Assembly: GCF_963921235.1 (NCBI RefSeq)
Contig: NC_086109.1
Location: 31,188,001 to 31,252,000 of the forward strand
Direction of reading: 5' to 3'
Length of the DNA stretch: 64,000 nucleotides
DNA from: Mobula hypostoma
Lineage: Eukaryota
The translations under genes were made by a program, and so were the position numbers. Positions within the stretch are counted from its first letter, which is position 1. Each line of letters begins with the position of its first letter. Below the pieces are notes generated by a model. The model made no database searches. It worked only from the letters and a program-made list of their open reading frames with translations, and had not been told where the DNA came from. Of this stretch, positions 48,682 through 61,124 are shown one piece after another.

Positions 48682-49969
48682 CAGGAATCTTTACTTTAAT
48701 TTTATTATGTTTCTTGGATTTTCTGAGTACGCCCGCAAAAAAAAATCTCAGGTTTATGCAGTATAGGTTCCAGCATGTATCTACTTTGACAATAAATTTA
48801 CTTTGAACTTTTAAAACTCTAGTTAGGCCACATTTGGAGTATTGCGTGCAGTTCTGGTCACCCCATTATAGGAAGAATGTCGAGGCTTTGCAGAAGAGGT
48901 TTACCAGGATGTTGCCTGGATTGGAAGGCATGGGCTATAACGAGAGGTTAGACAAACTTGGGTTTGTTTTCTTTTGAGTGGCGGAGGCTGAGGGGAGATC
49001 TGATAGAGGTTTATAAGATTATGTGAGGCATGGATAGTGTAAGCCAACAGTATCTTTTTCCCAGAGTTGAAACGACTAATACCAGAGGTGAGAGGGATAA
49101 TTGCAAAGATGTGAGAGGCAAGTTTTTTTTTCACAGAGAGAGGTCGGTGCCTGGAATACACTGCCTGGGGTGGTAGAGGCAGAAACATGAAGGACGTTTA
49201 GACAGGCATATGAATGAGGGAAAAGTGGAAGGATATGGACATTGTGTAGGCAGAAGAGATTAGTTTAGTTATCCATTTGAGTACTAATTTAATTGGTTCA
49301 GCACATCATTGTGGGCTGCATGTCCTGTTCCTGTTCTGTACTGCTCTATGTTTAATGTACATAAGATGATCACTAAGCATGAAGTAAAGAGTTAGAACAA
49401 AACAGATGACAAGAAGAACAAAGGTTTAGCTGTTGAATTTTAGTTCACTTGGTTTAATGGAATTAATCGATTCCAGGAGCGATATTAACTGACAAACTCA
49501 AAGAAGTATATACCTCTCTTTTCTACTCAGGCACAAATTTGCTTTACCTTAGGAAAAGTAATATTGTCTGAAATGATTCTCTTTGCAAGCATGATTATTA
49601 AAGAGCATTTTAACATTTTGAACAATCATTCTGAACTTCTTTCCTTGATTTACAATGAAAGAAGTCCCTCAGAGTGCAGCAGATAGACATATTGCTGGCA
49701 TTGGCTAACAATGTGAAAACCAGTACAAATGATTGTGTTTTCATATTAGAAATAACAACAAGAAAATTTAATTTGCTTGAAATTAAAATTATTTTCCGTT
49801 CTGTTATTAATAGTTTTCCACTATATCATATTTCTATGTTTGCTGGTAATGTGCGCACACATGTAAAAATCCATTGCTACTTGAAGGCCTTTGAATCCAA
49901 GTCCCCAATAATCCCCAAATAACTTATATGAGCTGTTATCCACATTATAGATTCTAGTTAACAGATGTA

Positions 49970-50250
49970 TAGACCATTAAATCATAAGGCATAGGAGCAG
50001 AATTAGGCCATTCTGTCATCAAATCTAATCCACCATTCCATCATGGCTGATTCCAGATCCCATTCATCCCATACCCCTACCTTCTTGCCATATCCTCTGA
50101 TGCCCTGTCCAATCAGAAAATGATGAACTGCCACCTTAAATATACCACGGACTTGGCCTCCATGCCTCCACTGCAGTCTATGGCAGAGCATTCCACAGAT
50201 TTACTACTCTCTAGATAAAAAAAACCTCCTTACCTCTGTTCTAAAAGGTT
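49970..50250 (-). mobile_element. CR1 3' end
   Basis: cataggagcagaattaggcca, ccatcatggctgat, gcagagcattccacagatttactactctct. Confidence 0.8.
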
Positions 50251-50910
50251 TATAGTTACTTAAGTTTCCCTTGAAATGATAAACCATGACCAATCACTAA
50301 GAAGTTCAGGGCATTGTTAAGTCTGCAGAGTTTAATCCTAAAGTTATCAATGTCACTTGTCTTTTCCTTTTCTACTTTAATATTTATGAACCAAATTATT
50401 TCAATATTGTCAAACTGCCAGGACAACTGCAAAACAATTTTGTTCCTACTTTCATCTTTTATAATTTAAAATGTAGGAACCTACTCCTGCAGGACTAGAG
50501 GATTAAACATCGCCATATCAGTTCAAAATACAGCTTAGAGATTCCGGCAGGACAAATTTTCCCAAAAGTGATATTGAAATGGAAGAAAAGATCTGGCTGA
50601 TAAAACAATAAAAATTGTTCACAAATATATGAAACTAAGTACAGCTGCTATCACTAGATAAAGGAATATGGTAAGCAATACTTGGGGAAATTAAAGTTAA
50701 GAACATGAATCTGATCTTTCAGTTTCCAAAGTGCGAGTATATCACATATGAGATTAATTTTCTTGCAAGCATTTACAGTAGAGCAAATAACTACAAGAGG
50801 ATCAATGGGAAAACTACACACAAACGAAGGCTGATAACCAGTGTGCAAAAGAAACCAAATTGTGCAAATACAAAAGAACACATAATATTAATCATAATAA
50901 TGATAAAAAT

Positions 50911-51475
50911 AAAACAAGTGTCAAACATCATTCACCAAAATCTTGCTTTAGAATAGAAACTCCTAAAAGAAATCATACTTCATTATGAATACAGGCCTGA
51001 TCCAGTGTTAGAGTCAGAATACTGCAATTATATTACAACTAATCCATTATTACAGATAGAATAATCCATAATAACTGTCTGGATATAATAATACAGGATA
51101 AACAAACAAAAACTTAATAGATATAGTCATTCCAACCACACATAACTTATAGAAATCTGTAAGTGAAAAACACCAGAAATATGCTGAATTAAAAGGTGAA
51201 ATTGAAAGACTTTGTAATATAAACAGAGTACTTATTGTCCCGATAATGAAACCTACAACTGGTACCATCCCAAAGGAGCTACATAATAGCATTAAGCAAT
51301 TAGGGTTACACAGCAACATCTATGTGCACAAATCTTCATAAAGACACAATATTAAATGCAACCCTAATAGTCTGGAAGTTCCTAGCAATTGAGAAATGAG
51401 TGTGCTTGTCTATGCTCATACATTAGGTTCTTACCAGGTAAGAAAAAAGTTGGATGATAATAATAACAATAATAA
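50911..51475 (+). mobile_element. Dong/R4-clade retrotransposon 3' end (RLE endonuclease), decayed
   Basis: QVSNIIHQNLA, YRPDPVLESE, ITDRII, LDIIIQDK, IDIVIP, KHQKYAELKGEI, TTGTIPK; ends in taataataacaataataa. Confidence 0.8.
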
Positions 51476-53970
51476 CCCAAAAAAGATACAGCAAGCATTC
51501 AAAGTAGCCCTCCAACATCACAAGCTGTGATTTCTGCAGGTATTTCTCAAGGGAACTGTCCACGTACAATTGAGACTACTCAAGCACTTAAGAGAAGAAA
51601 GGCACACATGAAATGGCCATGAGAAGTAAACACATTCATAATGCTTGTATATTATTGAGCAACGGAACTTCAGTCTGGTATGAGAGCATACAGGGATAAA
51701 CTTCATCAACAATTTATAGCACAATATTACTTCATGCAAATTAATTGCCAAGAAATAGCAGAACCACGGAGAATGATAATAAAAAAATAGCTTAATCCCT
51801 ATAGGCATGTTAAACCAAATAAAACATGAAGTTGCACAAGAGCTAGAAAGAAACCACATTAAAGACCACAACAATGTAATACAAGAAAATAATAAAGATG
51901 CCAACCACCACCCCTCCCCAAGCCACTGATGAAAATAGAATTACTTCAACAACTGCTCCACAACCTGACAGCAATAGCAACAGCACAAATGTAGAGGCTC
52001 CACAGAATGCTGCTGATAATGAAGTTATCCTAACATTTAACACCATGCTAACAGGATACATGAGGCACTGAGCCAACAAAAAGACCCTATATACCAAAAT
52101 GAAACATGTCATCAAAATTTGCACAATTTGTTAATACTCTCAACAATATTTAGGAAAACTTGAAACATTAGAAGAACTACACATACAGCATAGCATTAAG
52201 AGCAGTGCAGTGGCTCCAAAATAGAAGCATTCATTAATAGAAACACAGAACTGTATAATGAAATGAGAATACTGAAATGGCAGAAGAGATTAAGAAACAA
52301 AATTGAAACCTTCAGAGCAGAAATACCTCACCTATGGAGTATAAATTGGATAACATGAGTAAGAAAATTAAGAAAAATTCTAAGGAAATACAATGTCCAT
52401 ACAAAATATGAACAACCTAAGAAAAGCATTGTAGAATTTATGGAGATATTAAAACAAAAGCTTGATGCGTACAAAGCCAGACTAAATAGATACATGAAAT
52501 GAGCCAAACAAAGAAAACAGAATTATCAGTTCAATGAAAAGAATTTATACAGGACATTGAAACTAAATTCAATGCACCAAAATATCAGCAACCCTAGCAC
52601 AGAATCACTAACAAGCACAGAAGTAGTGAACTTTTGGTCTAATATCTGGTTAAATAGGACATTGCACAATCAACAAGCAAGATGGATTAGTGAGGAAAAA
52701 GAATACACTCACACCCACCTGAAGTTACAATGGATACGCTAAAAGCTGTTGTACATTTAACCACAACTGAAAAAGTACCAGCAGTGATAATATTTACAGT
52801 ATAAAAATTTGCATGCCTTCATCTGTACCTATCAATGCTTATCAACAATTTTCTTAAAAATCCTGAATTTTTGACAGAAGTTAAAACATATCTCTTATTT
52901 TAAGGAGAAATCACAAATGACTCATGAAAATACTGTCCTATTGCTTGTTTACAAGCAATATGTAAGATTGTAACATCATGCATCTCAAAACTAATCACAA
53001 CTCGCTTAGATAACCACAACATACTCACAGACGAGCAGAAAGGATGTCATAAAGCTATGAAAGGATGTAAAGAACAACAGATAATAGATTCGCTAATTCT
53101 AAATCAGGCCCGGCGTAAAAGCAGAAATCTTTCATATTGTTATATTGACTACCAAAATGCATTTAATTCTGCCCCACTCTCATAATTAAGAGAAGCTCCT
53201 AATATATATAAACTACACCCAATACTTGTAAAATTCCTACAACATATGGTGAAGCATTGGTGTAATATAATCACCCTATCCATGAACAAACAAAAAACAA
53301 GAATCACTGTTATCAAAATAAAATGAGGCATTTTCCAGGATGACTAGTTAAGCCCATTATACTTCTGTCTAACTTTAAAACAACTCTCTGATTCACTGAA
53401 TCTGACAAAAATAGGGTATCAAGGCAAAAACAACCACGCAAATTATACCTTGAAACACCTATACATGGATGATTTAAAATTATACTCTCCTGCATCAGTA
53501 AAGTAATTAATTCAATAGTACAACTATTTTCTGAAGATATAAACATGAAATTTGGACTAGAGAAGTCCAGGACATTAAACATGAAGAAAGAGAGCTGCAG
53601 GATGCAATACAAATCATGGATGATTATGAAACATATGGTTTATTGGGATATCAGTCAGCAAAGAAAGTAGATCATAGTGCAATAAAAGGAAATTTTTTGA
53701 CAGAATCTACTTCAAGGCTTAAGGAGATCTTCCAAACAGAGCTCAATAGTGAAAATATAACAAAGGCAATAAACACATTTGTCATCTGCATATTGAAGTA
53801 TTCTTTTGGCATAGTATCTTGGTCCGAAACCAATCTGGAAAATTTACAAAGAAAAACACAAATTGAAAGGACAAATTTTAGAAAACACTATGTACACTCG
53901 AATGCACTTAGATTAAACCTACCTAGGACAAAAAGAGAAAAATAGACAATAAAAATTTGCACAACAGTTG
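51476..53970 (+). mobile_element. Dong/R4-clade retrotransposon, N-terminal and RT region, decayed
   Basis: PIACLQAICKIVTSCI, EQKGC...KGCKEQ.IIDS, YIDYQNAFNS.PH, YMDDLKLY at 53462, KFGLEK, AINTF.I.ILKYSFGIVSW. Confidence 0.85.
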
Positions 53971-53971
53971 A

Positions 53972-56900
53972 GAATGAAAGTGAACATGAATGAAACTGCA
54001 ACATCTAAAATGAAAATGAAATCAAATTGTGTTACCATTGTGACAGGGCTCACACACACTAGAGCAATGAAGATTTAAAGATAAAATTTGTATAAAATGC
54101 AACAAAGCAGGGTGCATACAAAGAGCATGTTAGGCAAACAAAAATAAATGGACTGCCCGGGGAAGAGAAAAAGATAAAAAGTCAAATTGCAGTTTCAAAA
54201 AGAATACTGATCCACATGCCATTGATTTAAAAAATCTGATAATGATGAGAGTGACACAAGTCTGAGTGGCCTTAAGACTTACAAAGTGAAAACTAACAAT
54301 AGACAAGCAATATAGCTTACACCGGAAGTGAACAGCAAATTACTTAAAATGAAATTGCACACTGGCTCAGCTGGTTCAGTCATTCCACAAAATGACTTTG
54401 AACAGCATTTCAAAGATCCTGAATTAAAGCATTAAGATATGCAACTAAGAACTTATACAGGAACAAGGATGACTCCTCTGGGGATGACATTTGTAACATT
54501 GAAATACAACAGCCAACAAGCCACATCTGACTTGTATGTGGTAAAAACATGAGGACCAGCATTATGGGTGCGTGAGTAGTTGTGACAACTAGAACTTGAT
54601 AGAAGATCCATCCACTATTTGCATGCCACATCCCCTGCAATAGATCAACAGAAAGCAAATTAAGAAAGGTACTGGATGATTCCATAGCAGTTTTCAGGAT
54701 GACATTGGGAAACTCAAACATTTTAAGGGTAAAATAGTATGAAATGAAAATGCCACAGCCAAGAATTACAAAGCCTGTCCAGTTCCTTATACTATCTGTG
54801 ATAAGATAGTTTGTGAAGTAGATTGCAGAGATGTTGAAGTAATTCTGTCCAAGGTTGATTGAAGCCTATGGGCAATGCCAGTGGTCTGAGTAGCCAAGAA
54901 GAAAGTAGCTGTCAGGACGTGTGATGATTTTAAGGTCACCATCAACCAAGCACTAAAACTAAATCAAGTCCCTCTGTCCAGGATAGATGATATCTTTGCA
55001 AGCCCTTCTGGAGGAAAACACTTCAGCAAAGTAGCCTAAGTGGCGGCCTACCTACAAATGGAAATGGAAGAAGAGTCCACAGTGTTCTTCGCCATAAACA
55101 CTCACAAGGGCGTTATTGCTATAATAGGTTTAGTTCTGGCAGAAAGCTATGGTGCTACAAGGCTGCCCAGGCACCCAGTGTTACCTGGTTAACATCATTG
55201 TTAATAGTGAGGAGAACAAGGATATTCTCCAAAGTCTCAGGACAGTGTAAAAAAGATTAGACGATTATGGGAACCGAGCACAATGTGCCATGTGTGAATT
55301 CTTTAAACCAAGAATCACTTATTGTGGTCACACTATTGATGCACAAGGATTAGACAAGTGTGCTGAGAAAAATCTAGCAGTGGTGGATGCCTCAAGGTCA
55401 AAGGATGAATCACAGTTGTAGTCCTTTTTAAGATTTGTCAATTACTATAACAGGTTCCTTCCAAACCTGGCAACTGTGTCCAGCCTTTGAACTCATGCCA
55501 ACAGATCAGGAAGAAATGGTAATGGAAAAAGCAGTTTGATGTGATTTTCCAAAAGACAAATGAAATGGTGATGTCGGACGCTGTACTCACGTATTATGAT
55601 CCACACCATACATGTGGCTTGCCTGTGGCACCTTTCTTTCTGGCATAGATGCGTTCATGTTAAACGTTGTGAGTGATGGAAGTGAACCACTGCAGAGAAA
55701 AGTTACACAGAGATTGACAGAGAGACCTCGAGTGTAGTTTTGGATGTAAAATGTTTACTTGTACAGGGGAGAGTTTACCCTCATTACTAATCATCAACCA
55801 CTGGTGTCCATTTTCAATCCACAGAAGCAATGTAGAGATGGGCTCTGTTTCTTGGATGACACAAACACAAGATCAAATTCAGGAGGATGTCTAATGATGG
55901 AAATGCGTATGGCTTGTCCTATTAACACTTGGAAAAGGAAATAACTGAAAATTTTATGGAAGAGGACACTCCTCTTGATGTATTCTCCCTGATGTAAATC
56001 GGAACTTTTCCTATTACAGCAGAGATAATCCGAAAGGAAACTAGAAAAGATCCCACATTGTCTTAGTCTACATGGCAATCTAAAATGGATAGAATGTGCA
56101 GCAGAAATCCCTGTTCCCCTTTTTTACCAGTGCCTGGGTGAACTTACCCTTGATGGGGATGGCCTTCTGTGGAGGTTGAAAGCTATTAGCTCTCAACCTC
56201 TGTGGACGTTGAGAGCTAAAGTTGGCATGGTCAAAATGAAAGTGCAGGCTTGAAGCTTTCTCTGGTGGCCTGGATAGACCAGCAGATCGAGCAGCTTGTC
56301 AGGCACTGTTCAACATGCCCACACATCAGAATCAGAATCACGTTTAATATCACCGACATATGTCATGCGGTGTGCTGACTTTGCAGCAGTAGTACAATGT
56401 AATACATAATAACAGAGGGAAAAAAACTGAATTACAAATGACGGGTGACAAATGAAGCTATTGTCATTTAACTACATATACGTATATGACATATATAATG
56501 TATATAGAAACAAGACAGTGGTTCTTCGAACCAGCATGTAAAGCACATAACACACATAACACTCGATAACTTATGAAGGTAAGGATAAAATCTACAGATG
56601 AATTGCACATAACTAACAAACTAAAATGCATAAATATTAAATACTGTGAGGTATGGAACAGACTAACCAGTGATACTTCGAATACGATGCAACCAGGAGT
56701 TCAGAAGCCTAAAGACCTGGGGGAAGAAGCTGCTTCTCATCCTGACCATTCTTGTTTTTATGCATTGTGGATTCTTGCCTGATGGTAGAAAGTCAACGAG
56801 GATGCTGGATGGGTGGGTGGGATCCTTACTAATACTAAGGGCCCGGCGTATGCAGCGCTTCTGATCCATGTCCCCGATGGATGTTAGGAGAACCCTATGG

Positions 56901-59145
56901 TCTTCTCTGCTGTTTTTACAGACCTTTGTAGGGATTTCAGTTCCAATGCTCGGCTGCCTCCATTCCAGATGGAGATACTATTTGTCAGGATGCTCTTAAA
57001 GGTTCTCCTATAAAAGTCAGTTATGATGGTGGTGGGGGGGGAGCCTTCCTTGCCTCAATCTTTGTAGGAAGTGGGGGCACTGCTATGCCTTCTTGTTCAA
57101 GGAGGTGATATTAAGGGACCAGGTGAGGTCATCCATGACGAGAACTCCCAAGAACTTGGTACCTTGGTATGGAAGAGCCATGCATTCACAGAGGGGGATG
57201 GCAAATGTATACATATATATAGAGAGAGAGTGTGAGAGGGAGCGAGAGAGATATATGTAGAGATATATAATTAAATTAAATGAGTAGTGCAAAAATATAA
57301 ATAAAAATGTAGCAAGGTAGGATTCATGGGTTCCGTGGCCATTCAGAAATCGGATGGCAGAGGGGAAGAAGCTGATACAGAATTGCTGAGTGTGTGCCTT
57401 CAGGTTTCTGTACCTCCTTCCAGATGGTAGCAATGAAAACAAGGCATGACCTAGGTGATGGGGTCCTTAATGACGGATGCCACATTTTTGAGGCATCACT
57501 CCTTGAAGGTGTCCTGGATACTACAGAGGACAGTGCTCATGATGGAGCTGACTGAGTTTACAACTCTCTGCAGCTTACTTCAGTCCTGTGCAGTGGTATT
57601 CGCCGCCCCATACCAGACAGTGATGCAGCCTGTTAGAATGCTCTCCAGGGTACATATGAAAAAAAATTCGAGTTATTTTGGAGACAAACTAAATCTTCTT
57701 AAGCTCCTAATGAGATATAGCAACTGTCGTATTTTATAGCTGCATCAATATGTTTGGTCCAGGTTTGATCCTCAAATATATTTACACTCCGGTATTTGAA
57801 ATTGCTCACTCTTTCCGGAATATTCCAAAAGCAGTGCCCCTACTTTCCTAGGAATTGCCCTGGAAAAGGATTCGTGTGGATTTGACCTGACTATTTATGG
57901 GCACAAATTTCTTGGTAGTAGTGGATGCAGCTACAAAGTGGCCAGAAGTGTTCCTCAACCTCAACCATAGCCTTGCATTCTGCTGATGTGTTGAGAAGCC
58001 TCTTCTGAATGACTGGTCTTCCAGAAAACGTAGTCAGTGACAATGGAACATAGTTTGCCCTGGAAAAGTTTCAATCATTCCTAAAAGGAATGGAATAAAG
58101 TGTATTGCATCTGCACCATACCACCCAGCTACAAATGGATTGGCGGAAAGAACAAGAGACCAAAAATGCACGGTGAGCAATATCAGCAAAACACACTACA
58201 CTGCACTGGATCAGAATGTTTCCAAATCCCTCCTTACTTATTACAATGCAACACACTCCACAGCAACAACTTACCAGCTACGCAGTTCCTAGGTTGTTCC
58301 TTGTGCTCACTCTTGGATTTCTTAAAACCAAATCTCAGAAGGAATATGCAGAGCAATCAGCTGAGACAAATTGAAAGTTACTCAAACAAGAAGGTTTGAT
58401 GTTTCATTCCTGGGCAAGTGGTGCTGGTGAGAAACCACAGAGGTGATCAAACTGCGGGTGCTTGGAATAATTAAGGGCAAAACTGACCCTATTCACAGAA
58501 GAGATTGCACCTGAGGTCATCTGGAAATGGCACATCGATTAGTTGAGGAGAGCAGAGTAAATCGTTGGAGGAGAAAGGTGTCCCGCGCTGTCAGAATCAC
58601 TTCCAGCAGCCCCAGAGTCAACTCCTACAACCACCTCAGAGGAGAACCTGAGACTGTTTCACAGCCACAAGTTTCACCTGCAAAGCAGAGTGAGACAAAC
58701 CATTCCCCTACTCCCCACCTGCCTGGTCAGGAAAGACATTATCCCACAAGAAATCCTCCACTGCAGTTAATTCCTTCAGGCTGAATGAGACAAGTTAAAA
58801 TTTCCTATAGAGTGAGTATCTATATTATATTGTATATTACGTATATAGTTGAGATGCATCTATATTGAATTGGAGTTTATAGCTAAGCAACGAGGAGTGT
58901 TGGTATTTAATGTTTCATTAACATTTGAGTAAAATACAAATATATTGTTTGATTAAGCATTCTTGTTCATTTAAATAATTTATTATAGGTTATATATATG
59001 AAGTATATGAATGGCATATGTCATCTTACCACCGTGTCATATGTACGTGCCTTGCTAGAAGTAAAGCAAAATTGAGACATGTATTCTGCACTCTCCATGT
59101 TTTCCAATCGATTACTTTTATGTTTTGGAGTTACAAAGCATAACA
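53972..59145 (+). mobile_element. Ty3/Gypsy LTR retrotransposon (K02A2.6/Mag-like), decayed; 5' LTR and most of gag missing; 3' LTR 58898-59145
   Basis: Zn knuckle, protease (MKLHTGSA), RT (DFKVTINQAL, PLSRIDDIFA, INTHKG), RNaseH (FTLITNHQPL), integrase (FLVVVDAATKWPEV, VSDNG, APYHPATNGLAE), PPT, TG..CA LTR. Confidence 0.9.
56326..57813 (-). mobile_element. Two nested Rex1/Babar 3' fragments inside the Gypsy integrase
   Basis: Outer copy with (ctgatt)n tail and FSLLPSGRRYRNLKAHTQ; inner copy about 56450-57165 (KFLGVLVMDDLTWSLN; KDPTHPS..LPSG). Confidence 0.8.
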
Positions 59146-59709
59146 AATACAGTTGTAAAGACAGAGTTGTGCAGCGGACAATAGGTGCAAGGCCCTGACC
59201 AGTTGGATCGTAAGGTCAAGAGTCAATCTTGTCATACAAAAGGTCTGTTTATTAGTATTTTAATCCTATATTACAAGGGATAATTTGCAAAGATCTGGTT
59301 TGTACAGATGCCCCAAAAACACATCCAAAACATTTGCTACTTGCCAGACTACACCCGGGAGAATTCTACCTCATAATGCATGTCAAATATGCATCAGACA
59401 TTTGCCAGAGGTCAACCAGCAGCTAAGACTTAATGGTTTGATGCTCCTTTAAATAACCCAGCTAGTGAAAGAAGCTAATTAAAGGACCAACAAACAAAAA
59501 ATTTAAAAGAAAACGGTGTGATAGTCCTTCTTATTGTGGAACAAGTGTTCAACCCTAGTAGACTGAGAGAGAGAGTGTTAACTAGTGTGGTGACCCCCAG
59601 CACCAATATCCAATTGGAATGAGCATACAACAGTATGGCACCCAGTACCGCACAGGACTTGAGCGTGGTCAATTGCTGCTGCTGGATTTTAAATCTGTTG
59701 AGTCCTATT

Positions 59710-60115
59710 TTCAAAGTTCAAAGTAAATTTATTATCAAGGCACCATATACTACACTGAGGTACTTCTTCTTGTGGACATTCACAGTAGAACAAAGAAACA
59801 CAATGAAATAAATGAGAAACTGCACACAAAGACTGACAACCAATGTGCAAAAGAGGACAAAATGTATAAATGCAAACAAAAACACAAATAATAATAAATA
59901 TAAAAATAAGTAAATAAACATACCGAGACACGAGTTGTACCATCCTTGAAAGTGAGTCAATAGTTGTGGAAACAGTTCAGTATTGAGGTGAGTGAGGTTA
60001 TCCACACTGGTTCAGGAGCTTGATACTTTAAGGATAATAACGCTTCCTGTACTTTGTGGTGTGGGACCTTAGGCTGTTGGACATCCATCCTAATGGCAGC
60101 AGTGATAGATAGAGT
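59710..60115 (-). mobile_element. Rex/Babar 3' end
   Basis: Tail ttcaaagttcaaagtaaatttattatcaag, homologous to 39620-40005. Confidence 0.7.
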
Positions 60116-60157
60116 ACCCAGTTGTTTTTTTTTACATATCTCCATTCAATAACATCT

Positions 60158-60335
60158 TAGAAACATAGAAAACATAGAAAACCTACAGAACAACACAGGG
60201 CCTTTGGCTCACAATGCTGTGCTGAACATGTACTTACTTTAGAAATTACCTAGGGTTACCAATAATCCTCTATTTTTCTAAGCTCCATGTACCTATCCAA
60301 GAGTCTCTGAAAAGACCTGATTGTATCCACAAAAC
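60158..60335 (-). mobile_element. CR1 3' tail
   Basis: (aaacatag)n, gggcctttggctcacaatgctgtgc. Confidence 0.7.
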
Positions 60336-61124
60336 CCTATTGTATTCAATAGTCTGGGCTTTGTGAATGTGTCCATTCTATTGCAATACACTGTACACAG
60401 CAAAGAGCTTTCTTTTAAAAACTGCAGATAACAATCACATTCGTAGAGCAAGTGGGATATGGATTTCTCAAATGTCAGGCAATGCCTTGGTGAGTCTACC
60501 CATTTCACTGCATAAGCTGCCAGGCATTAATCATATTTCATTTCCTGATGTTTAAAACATATAAAGGAGGTCATATGACCTCTTTCATGTTATGAAGTCA
60601 AACTTACATACATTGCATAAATTAAGTACTGGCAGGTAGTGGGATTGCAATTAGCTTTCCAGTATGACAGCTGTTGTTTTCCATGTAACCTTTGAAAGAG
60701 CAGCTGGTACAATGCCTCCTCTTTTCAAGGTTAACCTGAAAGCTTGACTAAACAATGAAATGCTGTCATTGCGCAAATAATGATGGTTGCGGAACAGAGA
60801 TTCAGAAAACCAGGCAAGAAGTTTAATCTTTCCCACAATCAATGCCGAATGACCTGCTGCAGCAACTTCAATGGCCCGAGGGCTTTCAGAGGAATGTAAG
60901 CAACACCCTGTAACATCTTCCATGGAAATAATAATCATTAAAAATGAATGAATTAGATTGCATTATAATATGTGAAGTAAATTCCAAAGCACCTTATTGA
61001 CAACTCATCAGAGATTAAAACTGCAGCAACATTTTTAATGACTGTCCTCAGCAAGTTTCATATTAATTCCATGGGTACAGTTTCATTATCTAGGTTGGCT
61101 CACTGTTTCCTGGTATTGAGGTTT

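Larger units (their letters stand above)
41380..49355 (+). mobile_element. Full-span old CR1 split into three parts (41380-43952, 46698-47269, 48812-49355)
   Basis: ORF1 esterase and EN remnants; the reading rejoins across the insertion as ...ttgtgga|taaatatccaggg (VDK.PG); RT remnants 46917..47195; 3' end at 49355. Confidence 0.8.
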
